Source of the DNA: Candidatus Kapaibacterium sp.
Lineage (GTDB): Bacteria; Bacteroidota; Ignavibacteria; Kapaibacteriales; UBA2268
Assembly (NCBI GenBank): GCA_963665665.1
Contig: OY762428.1
Location: 832,001 to 896,000 of the forward strand
Length of the DNA: 64,000 nucleotides
Direction of reading: 5' to 3'
Both the position numbers and the translations under genes were made by a program. The notes beneath the pieces are model-generated. The model saw only the letters and a program-made list of their open reading frames with translations. It did no database searches and had not been told where the DNA came from. The number at the start of each line of letters is the position of its first letter. The first letter of the stretch is position 1. Below are positions 18,658-28,839 of the stretch, in pieces.

Positions 18658-19932
18658 TTATATCTCAAGTCCTTTTTTAGCAATATCCCTGCGGTAGAAG
18701 GCATTTTCAAAGTCTATCATATCAACGTAGTAATAAGCTCTGTCCACAGCATCGGAAAGGCTGCTTCCCAACGCTGTTACAGACAGTACACGGCCGCCGG
18801 AAGTTATTATCTTTCCATCCTTTTCCGATGTACCAGCCTGGAAGACTATTCCACCGTCTTTTTCAGCCCTGTCAATACCTGTAATTTCATATCCCTTATC
18901 ATAGCTGCCGGGATACCCGTCAGAGGCCATGATTACTGTGCAGGCACTGGCCATACAAACATCTTTTGCCAGTGTTTTATCCAGTTCGCCATTGGCAGCA
19001 GAATAGAGCAAACCGGCAAAATCTCCTTCGAATACCGGTAGTACAACTTCTGTTTCCGGGTCGCCGAAACGCACATTGAATTCTACCACGCGCGGCTCTC
19101 CGTTCTTTATCATCAGCCCGGCGTAAAGGCAGCCTATAAAAGGCGATCCTTCAGATTGCATGCCCGCAATAGCCGGAGAAATAATATCTTTACGAACCTT
19201 ATTCAGGACATCGTCAGTAACCACAGGAGCAGGAACATAAGCTCCCATACCACCTGTATTCGGCCCTATATCGCCATCCAATGCCCTTTTATGATCCTGC
19301 GAAGGCGCCAGTGTAATAAAATCTTTCCCGTCGGCAACGGCAAGCACGGAGGCTTCCTCGCCATCCATAAATTCTTCTATAACAACTGTTTTCCCTGAAT
19401 CCCCGAAAAGCCCTGCAAACATTTCATCAAGGGCTTTGTGTGCTTCTTCCTTTGTTTCAGGAATAATAACGCCCTTGCCTGCTGCAAGCCCGTCGGCTTT
19501 GAGAACAACCGGTGCATTGAATTCATCGATAAATTTATGCGCATCAACAGCTTTGTCAGCCGGGAAAGTTTCGTAAGCGGCTGTAGGGATATTATATTTC
19601 TTCATAAATTCTTTGGCAAATCCCTTGGAAGCTTCAAGCATAGCTGCATTTTTTACAGGCCCGAAAACTTTTATACCCTTTGCGGTAAGTTCATCGGCAA
19701 TACCCTCGGCAAGAGGATTTTCCGGCCCCACCACAACAAGCTTTATATCATTTTCCCCGCAAAATGCTGCAACAGCATCAAAGTCAGAAGGATTGATATC
19801 GGCTTTTTCAGCAAGGTTGAAAATACCGGGGTTCCCCGGTGCGCAAAATAGTTTACCACAGCTTGGCGAGCCATGCAGAGCCAAAGCCAGAGCATGCTCC
19901 CTGCCACCACTGCCTATCAGTAATATATTCAT
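18658..19932 (-). CDS. purD: Phosphoribosylamine--glycine ligase
   Basis: GSGGREHAL, KADGLAAGKGV, QDHKR, GPNTGGMG, EFNVRFGDPE. Confidence 0.97.
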   Translation of the reverse strand: MNILLIGSGGREHALALALHGSPSCGKLFCAPGNPGIFNLAEKADINPSDFDAVAAFCGENDIKLVVVGPENPLAEGIADELTAKGIKVFGPVKNAAMLEASKGFAKEFMKKYNIPTAAYETFPADKAVDAHKFIDEFNAPVVLKADGLAAGKGVIIPETKEEAHKALDEMFAGLFGDSGKTVVIEEFMDGEEASVLAVADGKDFITLAPSQDHKRALDGDIGPNTGGMGAYVPAPVVTDDVLNKVRKDIISPAIAGMQSEGSPFIGCLYAGLMIKNGEPRVVEFNVRFGDPETEVVLPVFEGDFAGLLYSAANGELDKTLAKDVCMASACTVIMASDGYPGSYDKGYEITGIDRAEKDGGIVFQAGTSEKDGKIITSGGRVLSVTALGSSLSDAVDRAYYYVDMIDFENAFYRRDIAKKGLEI

Positions 19933-21086
19933 ATTTTATTTCCGTTATAGTTGAGAAAATCTTTAATATTATTTATTGCTTGTGTCAACGTAATAAATTC
20001 AATTTGGTCGCCAAATTCCTTTTTAATCCTATCAACTATCCTTTCAAAGTTCCTGGCATCAGGTGAATCTTTCATGTGTCCAGTTGCAATTACGGGCAAA
20101 GAATCTATCTGTTTTTGCAATTTGTTATATTCTTTAGATTTAAAAATTCTGGCGATAAGTTTTGTAAATGCTTCCGGAGGCAAATAGTCATAATCCAACT
20201 GGATAGCATTTTTTCCGGCAATAATATTTAAAAGCCAATTGATATTTTTCTTCTCGTTAGTTTTGTAGAATCTTCGATGTTTTGGGTACAGTTCATCTTT
20301 GATTTTATTTCTGTTTTCAAACCAGCTTTTATCATCTTTTGAGTATGATGCATTCAGAAACAATCTGTAATATAATTCTGGCAGAAATTTCCAAACAATT
20401 TTAGAATCTGTAATAATTTCGGAAAAAATTGGTATTTCAATTATTCCCTTCCCATTCAAATCTTTTGTGGTAACTGTTTTTCCGGATGTTATCCATGGAA
20501 TAATATTTGAGAATGCATTACTGAAGTCGTATAAACCTTTGTTTACAAGTCCTTTAGTAACCGATACATCACAAATTATACCATTAGTGACCATGGAATC
20601 AATTATGTATTCAGCCGGCTCAATATAGTAACCACCTGCCCTGAAAGCTATACATGAATAATCATGTTTCACCTTCCTGATTAGTTCTTCCAGATATTCT
20701 TTACCATTTGTAATTATTTGATGAATTGTTTCCTTATCCAGATCAGCAATTCTTGATATCCCGATATTGACTTTCCATTCGGCATTTTTATATTCTGCTC
20801 CAAGCCATTGAGGATGCAAATGCAACTGGACGTCATGCCCTTTCTGAATTGTATCCTGAATTGTTCTATCCCAATCCTCAGCTACTTTTTCCAGGTCCGG
20901 ATTGCTCACTGAAAATTTATGATGATAAAGCTGTTGCAATACTTCAGCCATCAGAGTTAGTTTAATATCATTATTTTCACAAACTTCAAAAAAATCATAT
21001 AATGGTTTTTTTTGAATTTGGAAATAATTACCGGATCCGTCCCCGAATAATTCCCAGTCATTTGTGAAAACAATTGAAAGTTTCAT
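19929..21086 (-). CDS. Polysaccharide deacetylase-like (NodB-fold) protein
   Basis: FTNDWELFG, HDVQLHLHPQW, AFRAG motifs. Confidence 0.65.
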   Translation of the reverse strand: MKLSIVFTNDWELFGDGSGNYFQIQKKPLYDFFEVCENNDIKLTLMAEVLQQLYHHKFSVSNPDLEKVAEDWDRTIQDTIQKGHDVQLHLHPQWLGAEYKNAEWKVNIGISRIADLDKETIHQIITNGKEYLEELIRKVKHDYSCIAFRAGGYYIEPAEYIIDSMVTNGIICDVSVTKGLVNKGLYDFSNAFSNIIPWITSGKTVTTKDLNGKGIIEIPIFSEIITDSKIVWKFLPELYYRLFLNASYSKDDKSWFENRNKIKDELYPKHRRFYKTNEKKNINWLLNIIAGKNAIQLDYDYLPPEAFTKLIARIFKSKEYNKLQKQIDSLPVIATGHMKDSPDARNFERIVDRIKKEFGDQIEFITLTQAINNIKDFLNYNGNKI

Positions 21087-21087
21087 T

Positions 21088-21960
21088 TTAATACTTTGAA
21101 TAAATTGAAATATTCTTCTCTTTTGCTAAGTTTACCATGTAATCAAACATTTTTTTTCCATCAGCCCTGAAAAAATTCATCCCTTTATAATCAATATCCT
21201 CGCATATAGCATCGGGAATATATGTCTTAAAAAATTTTGGAAGATCGAAATTCATCTTCGACATATCATGAGTATATGTTTCAACATAATTCACATTTTT
21301 ATTATAGTCAATGCACTTCACACGAAACAGTTGATCATGGTATGGCCTAACCGGAAAAGTTTCCCTCAAAAAATCATCAACAGTATGAACACAGGACAGA
21401 TATGTTGTTTTTACACCTAACCCGACAATTATGGCATTATATTTAAAAATTTTTTGATAGGGACTGTTTGAATCATAAGGATAAGGTGACTTGGAATGTT
21501 CTGAAGTCAATTCTTCAGCCAACGGCCCAATAGCACAAACAGATTTAGTAGGATGCAAACTCCTTTTACTATTTCTCTGCTTTCTCGCAAATTCGCTTAA
21601 TATACCGGTATAAGACGGTGTTTTTTTTATGTCAAAGGTATTTCCTGATTTCAAAAATTCATAGGAATTTACAGGTGGATAAGTTGGGAACAACATGGTT
21701 CCGTTTTCTCCAATAACTTTCCTTAACAGGAACAAAACACGAAAAAAAGGAAAATTTAAATTCAATTGATCAACTGAGCCATGAATAAAAACAACATCTC
21801 CGTCCTTTAAAAGAAGATTATCTCTAAGAATTGATTCAAACTCTGGTTCATCAATTTCCGGTAGAGATTTAATGTAATCCTGTTGTTTCTCTCTTTGTTT
21901 CTGTTTAACCTTATCTTTTATAAATTCAGGTACCAATTTTTTTAATTTATATAATCCCAT
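21088..21960 (-). CDS. AAC(3)/YokD-family N-acyltransferase
   Basis: VFIHGS, GTMLFPT, TGILSEFAR, RSLHPTKSVCAIG, SPY, CVH motifs. Confidence 0.8.
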   Translation of the reverse strand: MGLYKLKKLVPEFIKDKVKQKQREKQQDYIKSLPEIDEPEFESILRDNLLLKDGDVVFIHGSVDQLNLNFPFFRVLFLLRKVIGENGTMLFPTYPPVNSYEFLKSGNTFDIKKTPSYTGILSEFARKQRNSKRSLHPTKSVCAIGPLAEELTSEHSKSPYPYDSNSPYQKIFKYNAIIVGLGVKTTYLSCVHTVDDFLRETFPVRPYHDQLFRVKCIDYNKNVNYVETYTHDMSKMNFDLPKFFKTYIPDAICEDIDYKGMNFFRADGKKMFDYMVNLAKEKNISIYSKY

Positions 21961-23296
21961 CTTTCTTCCTTAACTTTTTAAACCTGTCTCCGTGCTGCTT
22001 TTCTGAAGTAAATTGAATTTTTACCGGGACTTTATAATTTTCGACTTTGCTTTTGCAAAATTTTTGAATTTTTTTCTTTAACAATTTTTTATCAACAACA
22101 CTATCATTAATAGTAATTTTTGCACAAACAATATTACCCATAATACTATTTGCTTCTCCATAAACAGTAGCTTCAATTACCTCATCAATTTCCTGCAACA
22201 AGTTTTCAACTTCGGCCGGATAAACTTTTTCACCTCCGACATTTATTATTTCTGTTTCCCTGCCAAGAATTTTCAAAAAGCCATCTTTTTCTTCTACTTT
22301 ATCTCCTGTTATAAACCAGCCGTCTTCAGTAAACGGACTTGGAGCATTAATATATCCTAACATTGATGTAGAAGCCTTTATTTGAAGAATCCCTTCCACA
22401 ACTCTGATATCAGAAATTTGATCACCAAGTTTTATAAAAGTCGAAGTATTTGATTTTGATCTTGATCTGAGCGTACCTGTTTCAGTTGTTCCATATTTTT
22501 GAATGATCTTAATATCCGGAAAAATCTCATTGACCTTGTTCAACGTAAAATCAGACATAGGTTCAGTACCGTATGTAATATATTTTATAGACGATAAGTC
22601 AAATTTTTTATAATCTTCACTTAATAACATCATATTCAAAAAAGAAGGTGTGGCGGGCAGCACTTCAACTTTCCATTTTTCAACAAGGGAAAGAATATTT
22701 CTTGGTGATCGGTCATTTACGATAACAATCGTACTGTTATTGGATAATGAATAAAACAATGTATCAATACCACCAATATGGTCATAATACATAAACACAA
22801 GTGTTCGCAAATCCTTACCAGGTTGTTCAAATTTCTTTAGTAAATAAAATAAATCATGAACAGCAGCCTTACTTGTCCCGGTTGACCCGGATGAAAACAA
22901 TACCAGGCCGGAAGATTTTTTATTACGTATTTGATTATATAGCTCAATATCTGAATTACTGAATTTTATTACTTCTGGTTTGTTGTTTTTAAAAACAACT
23001 CTGTAATCAGGATGAGCAATATCCAGATAATTATTAATTTGATTTTCATCAATCAACGTTATAGGTATAGAAATCATATTGTTCTGAATACAAGCCAGAA
23101 AAAATGCTATTGAGTAAGGTGTCATCTCTGACTCTATACTAACAACACTGCCCTTAGGAATTTTTTGAGTAATAAAACTTGAAAAGTTAACAATTTTTGT
23201 CAAAAAAAAAGAATAATTAAAAGGGAAATCATCCCAAATTATTGCCTCTTTATCTGGGTTCAATCTAAATTCTTCAATCAATCTGTCTAACAGCAT
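21947..23296 (-). CDS. ANL-family adenylation enzyme (acyl/aminoacyl-AMP ligase)
   Basis: FSSGSTGTSK P-loop, YGTTE, TGD, GR...INVGGEKVYPAEVE. Confidence 0.85.
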   Translation of the reverse strand: MLLDRLIEEFRLNPDKEAIIWDDFPFNYSFFLTKIVNFSSFITQKIPKGSVVSIESEMTPYSIAFFLACIQNNMISIPITLIDENQINNYLDIAHPDYRVVFKNNKPEVIKFSNSDIELYNQIRNKKSSGLVLFSSGSTGTSKAAVHDLFYLLKKFEQPGKDLRTLVFMYYDHIGGIDTLFYSLSNNSTIVIVNDRSPRNILSLVEKWKVEVLPATPSFLNMMLLSEDYKKFDLSSIKYITYGTEPMSDFTLNKVNEIFPDIKIIQKYGTTETGTLRSRSKSNTSTFIKLGDQISDIRVVEGILQIKASTSMLGYINAPSPFTEDGWFITGDKVEEKDGFLKILGRETEIINVGGEKVYPAEVENLLQEIDEVIEATVYGEANSIMGNIVCAKITINDSVVDKKLLKKKIQKFCKSKVENYKVPVKIQFTSEKQHGDRFKKLRKKDGII

Positions 23297-24003
23297 TAAA
23301 CCCCGCCAAGATAAATCGTTTGTCCGGTAATAAAATCTGATTCTTCTTTGATAAAGAAATCAATGGCATTTGATACATCTCTGAATTCACCCAATCTTTT
23401 TATCGCCTGCCTGTTTATTAGGGCATCCATTTTTTCCTTGGGTACCGACCTGATCAAATCAGTAGCAATCGGAGTAGGGCCAACAGCATTAACTGTTATG
23501 CCACTATCGGACAGTTCTCTGGATAAAACTTCAGTAAGGCTGACTATTGCTGCTTTTGAAGCGGCATAAGCTGCTTCGCCTTCAAGTTTCAGAGGAGTAG
23601 CTACAGTTGCAAAATTAACAATCCTGCCAAATTTATTTTTTGTCATAAGCTTTGCCGCTTCACGACAAAAAAGGAAAGTACCAAAGACATTCGTACTGAA
23701 AATTTTATTTATTGTACTTAAGGGTGTCAAAAGAAAATGATTCATTGATGCTATTCCTGCATTGTTCAAAAGTATATCAACTTTTCCGAATTTCTTTCTA
23801 ATCCCTGAGAACATTCTCCTGACACTGATTTCGTCAGAAACATCTAACGAATAATGCTGATAATCATCATTAATTATAGAACCATCTCCCCTACTACACC
23901 CTACAACAATACAATCGGCTTCAAGATAATATTCCGCCAGATATTTTCCTATCCCTTTTCGAGTTCCCGTTATTACAACAACTTTCTTCAATTTCTTAAC
24001 CAA
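23296..24003 (-). CDS. SDR oxidoreductase (FabG-like)
   Basis: TGTRKGIG, NNAG, YAASK motifs. Confidence 0.88.
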   Translation of the reverse strand: MVKKLKKVVVITGTRKGIGKYLAEYYLEADCIVVGCSRGDGSIINDDYQHYSLDVSDEISVRRMFSGIRKKFGKVDILLNNAGIASMNHFLLTPLSTINKIFSTNVFGTFLFCREAAKLMTKNKFGRIVNFATVATPLKLEGEAAYAASKAAIVSLTEVLSRELSDSGITVNAVGPTPIATDLIRSVPKEKMDALINRQAIKRLGEFRDVSNAIDFFIKEESDFITGQTIYLGGV

Positions 24004-24286
24004 TTAGTGATTGAACATATTCTGCAAGGGTTGTTACTGTTCTAAAAGGACTGTTTTTCAGAGACATAGCCTTTTCATCAGCGAGAGTGATTGTTTCATC
24101 AAGTTCTTCATCTACAATATTTTCAACTGCTACAATCAAATTTACCAGTCCAAGTGAATCTAACTTACCGTCAGTTCCAAATAAAATTGTATCAGGAGTC
24201 TTCTCCAGTTTTCTTGATTTAGGAAGTTGGTCGTTAATTTCCTCTATAGCATCGTATATAACTTTAATTATTTTTTCTTTATCCAT
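23996..24286 (-). CDS. Acyl carrier protein
   Basis: Small acidic protein with GKLDSLGLV phosphopantetheinylation motif and F.TV..L..Y tail. Confidence 0.85.
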   Translation of the reverse strand: MDKEKIIKVIYDAIEEINDQLPKSRKLEKTPDTILFGTDGKLDSLGLVNLIVAVENIVDEELDETITLADEKAMSLKNSPFRTVTTLAEYVQSLIG

Positions 24287-24448
24287 TATATAATGTCCAA
24301 TTATTTCCATTTGTAATTAACTAAGAAACAAATATAAGAAATAAATTTTTTTTTTCATTTTAACATTTGCTTTAATTGTTTTTTTTTAATAAATTATTGA
24401 AGTTAATATATATACACTATTGTTCTATTCATTGAAAAAGAGGAAAAC

Positions 24449-26296
24449 ATGAGGAGAATAATTTTTATCATTATTTTATTCCCCGGCTTTATTTTCGGCC
24501 AGTCAAAATACTTTAAAACAGATATGGTGAAAATTGAAAAATGTACATACACACGAGGTAATATTACCAATTTTTCAGAATCTCATCACGATGAAAAACC
24601 GGTACATAATGTAACGATTTCATACGACTTTTTTATTGGAAAATATGAAGTAACCCAGAAAATTTGGCAAGAAGTTATGGGAAATAATCCAAGTTTCTTT
24701 GTTGGTAAAAACCGGCCTGTTGAAAATGTATCCTGGCTTGATGCTTGTAAATTCTGTAATTCGTTATCATTAAAAGAATGCCTGACTCCGTGTTATCAGA
24801 TAAATGATATTTATACAAAATGTGATTTTGATGCCAATGGTTACAGGTTACCTACTGATGCTGAATGGGAATGTGCTGTCAGGGCTGGAACGCAAACAGA
24901 TACATATATTGGAAATATTTATGATTACAGCTGTATTCCAATAGAGAAAAACGTTGACCTAATTGGGTGGTATTGTGGTAATTCAGGAGATACTACTCAT
25001 AATGTAGGATTGAAAGAACCAAATAAATTTGGCCTTTATGATATGATTGGCAATGTTTGGGAGTGGACTTGGGATTGGTACAATGATTACTATTACGATA
25101 ATTCTCCAAGAACTGATCCGAGAGGGCCGGAAACAGGAGAAACTCACGTATTTCGTGGAGGAAGCTATGAAAATCGTGCGGCCTATTCCAGATGTTCAGA
25201 CAGGAATCGCTCGCCTCATTGGGGTTACTATTCCAGCTTAGTCGGTTTTAGAATTGTTAAAGTAGGAACCCGGGAATGCCACCAGTCTGCCTTTGATTAT
25301 CCTGCACTGAATTCTGCCGAGGACTTCTTCTTTATCGGTGATGCCACGCTTGAAGGTGATTGCTTCAGGCTGACGACAACCGAGGAATACCAGCGGGGTG
25401 CAATTTGGTATGCCGAGCCCGTGCCGGTGAAAAACGGATTTATTGCCGAGTTCTCGTTCAGGTTTTCCCAGCCGGCTAATAACGACTTCGAAGATGGTTC
25501 CGAGCCGGGAGCTGACGGTATTGCTTTCGTTCTGCAGAACCATTCCGAAAGTGCCCTTGGCAGCAAAGGATTCGGTATCGGGTACGCACAGATACCAAAC
25601 AGTATCGCCGTGGAATTCGATACATACGCTAACGACCGCGCCCAGCTTAATAATATGAAAGACCCCAACGGGAATCATGTTGCCGTTCAAACTTACGGCC
25701 AGCAGCCAAACTCGCCCAGCCACGGCGGCGGCGCAGTGAAAGCTATTGAAGATGATATTATTCCCATTCATTCGGACAGCTCGCTTTATTATGCCAGGAT
25801 AGATTATAACCTGATTGAAAACACCCTGCGTGTTTACCTGAGTGATACCGGATACATGAGTGAGCCCTGCATTGAATTGAAAGACTTTGATATTTCTTCC
25901 ATCATAGACCTTAGTGATGGGGAATTCTGCCGGGCTGGTATCACTTCTGCAACCGGTAATGGTTGGGAAAACCATGATATCGTAAGTTTTTCCATGTGCC
26001 CCTTCCCTACCGATGCCGGAGTAGCTGTCGAGGATAATACAGAATTATATAATGATGAGATTTCAGTTTATCCCAACCCTGCCTCTGATTTTATCAGCAT
26101 AAAAGTATCAGCCGGATTCGATGGCAGCTATCTGAAAATTGTGAACCTGATTGGCGAGACTATCGAAGAAATCAAAATAAATGATATTAACGACGGTATT
26201 ATTTCATATTATACCGGAGATCTTTCTCCAGGGGTGTATTTTATTGAAATATCAAATAGTGAAAGCAAACAGCATATTAAGTTTATCAAAAAATAA
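24449..26296 (+). CDS. T9SS cargo: FGE-sulfatase-like domain + legume (L-type) lectin domain + CTD
   Basis: KYEVTQ, YRLPTDAEWE, FGLYDMIGNVWEW, RGGS; GADGIAFV, AVEFDTY; VYPNPA...GVYFI. Confidence 0.85.
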   Translation: MRRIIFIIILFPGFIFGQSKYFKTDMVKIEKCTYTRGNITNFSESHHDEKPVHNVTISYDFFIGKYEVTQKIWQEVMGNNPSFFVGKNRPVENVSWLDACKFCNSLSLKECLTPCYQINDIYTKCDFDANGYRLPTDAEWECAVRAGTQTDTYIGNIYDYSCIPIEKNVDLIGWYCGNSGDTTHNVGLKEPNKFGLYDMIGNVWEWTWDWYNDYYYDNSPRTDPRGPETGETHVFRGGSYENRAAYSRCSDRNRSPHWGYYSSLVGFRIVKVGTRECHQSAFDYPALNSAEDFFFIGDATLEGDCFRLTTTEEYQRGAIWYAEPVPVKNGFIAEFSFRFSQPANNDFEDGSEPGADGIAFVLQNHSESALGSKGFGIGYAQIPNSIAVEFDTYANDRAQLNNMKDPNGNHVAVQTYGQQPNSPSHGGGAVKAIEDDIIPIHSDSSLYYARIDYNLIENTLRVYLSDTGYMSEPCIELKDFDISSIIDLSDGEFCRAGITSATGNGWENHDIVSFSMCPFPTDAGVAVEDNTELYNDEISVYPNPASDFISIKVSAGFDGSYLKIVNLIGETIEEIKINDINDGIISYYTGDLSPGVYFIEISNSESKQHIKFIKK

Positions 26297-26353
26297 AGCA
26301 AAAAAAAGCCCGGCCAAAAGCCGGACTTACAGACGGGAGTATATGAAGAATTT

Positions 26354-27382
26354 TTATTTGTTCAGAGTCATTCTGCCACTTTTATTGAATGACTCTGCAT
26401 CAATTTTGTAGAAGTAAACACCGGAGCTCAAGTTTCCGAATTTCCCGTTATCAGCATTAAAATCAAAGGAGTGGCTGCCGGAATTAAGGTTCCCTTCGTA
26501 CAATGTGCCAATCACCTTTCCGCTTGCGTCGGATATTGTTATCTTTACATTCTCATCGCGCGGCAATTCAAATTCGATCTTCGTGGATGATTGAAACGGG
26601 TTCGGATAATTTCTGACATTTCCGTTATCATTTTCAAAGCCTTCCACGCTGTTGATCATTTCATTATTGCCCGGGCCACTGTCATCATCTTCGGGGGCAA
26701 CACCATCCCAGAGCATGAAGCGAATCCGGCCCTTGCTGCAATCAAGGTCTGGCATCATGTCGCGGTGATTTCTCATTTTTCTCATTGGATGCCCTCTTCT
26801 TGGCCTGTCCTTGTTCTCGCTCATTTTTTCGCGTGCTGCTTCAATAGCTTCCTCATTATTTTCTTTCCATGTATCCCTGATCTGTTTAATCGTTTCTTTC
26901 CATTCCTTCCGTTTATCGTTTGCTTTGTCGCTTATTGATTCCAGTGTTTCATCATATTTTTTCATAAGCGGCCTGCATTTTTCAGCCATTGTTTCCATTT
27001 TCTCCTTAATTGCCTCGCGGCCTTCTTCCATTTGCTCACGATGCGCCCTCATTGTTTCCTTGTCAGGCCTCTGTCCGGAACGTCTCATTTCCATACCTTT
27101 TTTCATGCGTTCTTTCATCATAGCTTTCATTTCAGACCTCAATTCCGCTGCTTCTGCCCTTAGTTCGTTAAGAGCCTGCAGGTCGTCCGAACTCATAGCA
27201 GCGTCAAGTTCCTGCTTCCAATTCAGCATTTCCGGTTGTACCTGCTCCTGACGGAATTTGCTAAGCTGTTCGTGAAGCTGTTTGCCAAGTTCCCTGTTGC
27301 CTGCCAGAAGGCCGCCGGCAAAAAGTGAAAATCCAATTGCAACAATCGCTGCAATTTTTGTTGTTTTGTTCATTGTTTTCAT
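26354..27382 (-). CDS. T9SS cargo with Met/Arg/Glu-rich helical (Spy/CpxP-like) N-terminal domain
   Basis: Signal peptide; long charged Met-rich helices; NYPNPF...LSSGVYFYKI CTD. Confidence 0.7.
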   Translation of the reverse strand: MKTMNKTTKIAAIVAIGFSLFAGGLLAGNRELGKQLHEQLSKFRQEQVQPEMLNWKQELDAAMSSDDLQALNELRAEAAELRSEMKAMMKERMKKGMEMRRSGQRPDKETMRAHREQMEEGREAIKEKMETMAEKCRPLMKKYDETLESISDKANDKRKEWKETIKQIRDTWKENNEEAIEAAREKMSENKDRPRRGHPMRKMRNHRDMMPDLDCSKGRIRFMLWDGVAPEDDDSGPGNNEMINSVEGFENDNGNVRNYPNPFQSSTKIEFELPRDENVKITISDASGKVIGTLYEGNLNSGSHSFDFNADNGKFGNLSSGVYFYKIDAESFNKSGRMTLNK

Positions 27383-27433
27383 TTTTTAATCTCCAACTGT
27401 TTCGTAAAATAATGTTCTTTGACTTTCAAAAGT

Positions 27434-27461
27434 TTAGACAGGTAATTCAGAATTTGGTTTA
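27434..27461 (-). promoter_or_regulatory. Putative ECF promoter (TAAACC-N16-GTCTA)
   Basis: Motif about 50 nt upstream of the Spy-like gene start. Confidence 0.4.
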
Positions 27462-27659
27462 AAGGGCAGGATAATTATTTTAGATTAGAACCCCTAACAC
27501 ATATTCCATGGTTTATGAAAATGTAACTCCCAATCCCCGAAATATCTCCTTATCAGAAAAAACATGTCTCATATAATAGCCAGGTACTTTAGCTCTTTGT
27601 AGGAAATCAATAAATTATCATCCTAAAAATATTTTACACCACCCTGCCGGCGCATGGAT

Positions 27660-27998
27660 TGTCATACTGAGCGAAGCGAAGTATCCATTCTTTATACATT
27701 TTCAGCTAAGTAAGACGGATTCTTTTTTGGGCAACCACAAGGTTTGCCCCTAAGGTTTAATCACCTGTCCCCCGCTGGCCCCGACGTGTCGGGGAAGGGT
27801 GGGGGTGGACTTCCTCAGTTGCAAGAGCAGCGAAATCATATAAAAAGCTCCGTAGGAGCGGAATTTTTGTAGATAATATTTGCATAATCTTCATTCGAAG
27901 CTCCGTAGGAGCGACATCTGAAATGTAAATGCCGCCCCGACGGGGCTGTTATTCATCCCGGGATCGATTTACTACAAAAATGTCGCGGCTACGCCGCT
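27660..27998. repeat. Mosaic of several REP-like palindromes, including a four-unit BIME-like inverted cluster
   Basis: GTCATACTGAGCGAAGCGAAGTATCC; GGGCAACCACAAGGTTTGCCCCTA; CCCCGACGTGTCGGGG; two AGCTCCGTAGGAGCG facing GCCCCGACGGGGCT and CGCGGCTACGCCGCT. Confidence 0.75.
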
Positions 27999-28067
27999 AT
28001 CCTTCATTCCGATGAATAGGGGGATGACGGATAGGAATATCTTCCTGGGACAGATTTGCCATTATTT

Positions 28068-28256
28068 ACCACAAAATATCAATCATATATCCCATAATTT
28101 CGATTTTTTATATCAAAATAGTGATCTGATTGCTGAGAATATCAATTCTTTATCTCATAATATTGATTCTTACTTTTAAAATTGTGAATCAATGTCGGGA
28201 AAGTCTGATCATTTGAACCATAATTCCGATTCTTTATTTTAAAATAATAAATACGC
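28068..28256. repeat. Highly degenerate 21-bp periodic array (about 9 units)
   Basis: Units such as ATCCCATAATTTCGATTTTTT, ATCTCATAATATTGATTCTTA, GAACCATAATTCCGATTCTTT in 21-bp phase. Confidence 0.55.
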
Positions 28257-28839
28257 GGATTATTTGAATGAAGCCTAATCCTGTAAATGATTTGGTGTGT
28301 GCAATTTGCTGGTATCGGATAATCGGATTAATATTTAGTAAGTGTAATCTATTATATATTTCATTTATCAGAGTATATAATCATCATAAAATTATATATT
28401 ATCGATATATTTTATTAAATATTTAATCTATTTTATGCTTGATATAGTTTATCTAACTAATTTCCTTATTTATATTATTGATTAATTTATGTATATGATA
28501 AAATAGTGAGTTATGCTAATTGTATATTATATTTGTCCTATTATATAATAAGATATTATAATTTATTAGGTTAATCTGTTTTTTACTAAATAAGGCTGTT
28601 TATTTAATATGAAATGAACTGGAATTGATATTAAAAGTTAATTATTTACCAATATAGGTATGTTATTTAATATTTTTGATTGATTATTTATGGTTTTTAA
28701 CATGGGAATTGCTCAATTATTTAAGATAAATATTAATTGTTATTATTTTATTTGTTGTATAAGTAGATTATTTCTTTGAACTTATAATTTAATTACTTAT
28801 ATTAATATTAGTAATCATATTATATATCGGGGAGATATA

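Noticed and set aside
21088-21960. Aminoglycoside resistance gene
   Set aside because: Family membership only; the ACP/ligase context points to biosynthesis
25140-25260. DGR variable region at the end of the FGE-like domain
   Set aside because: No template repeat or reverse transcriptase seen in the window; a remote DGR cannot be excluded
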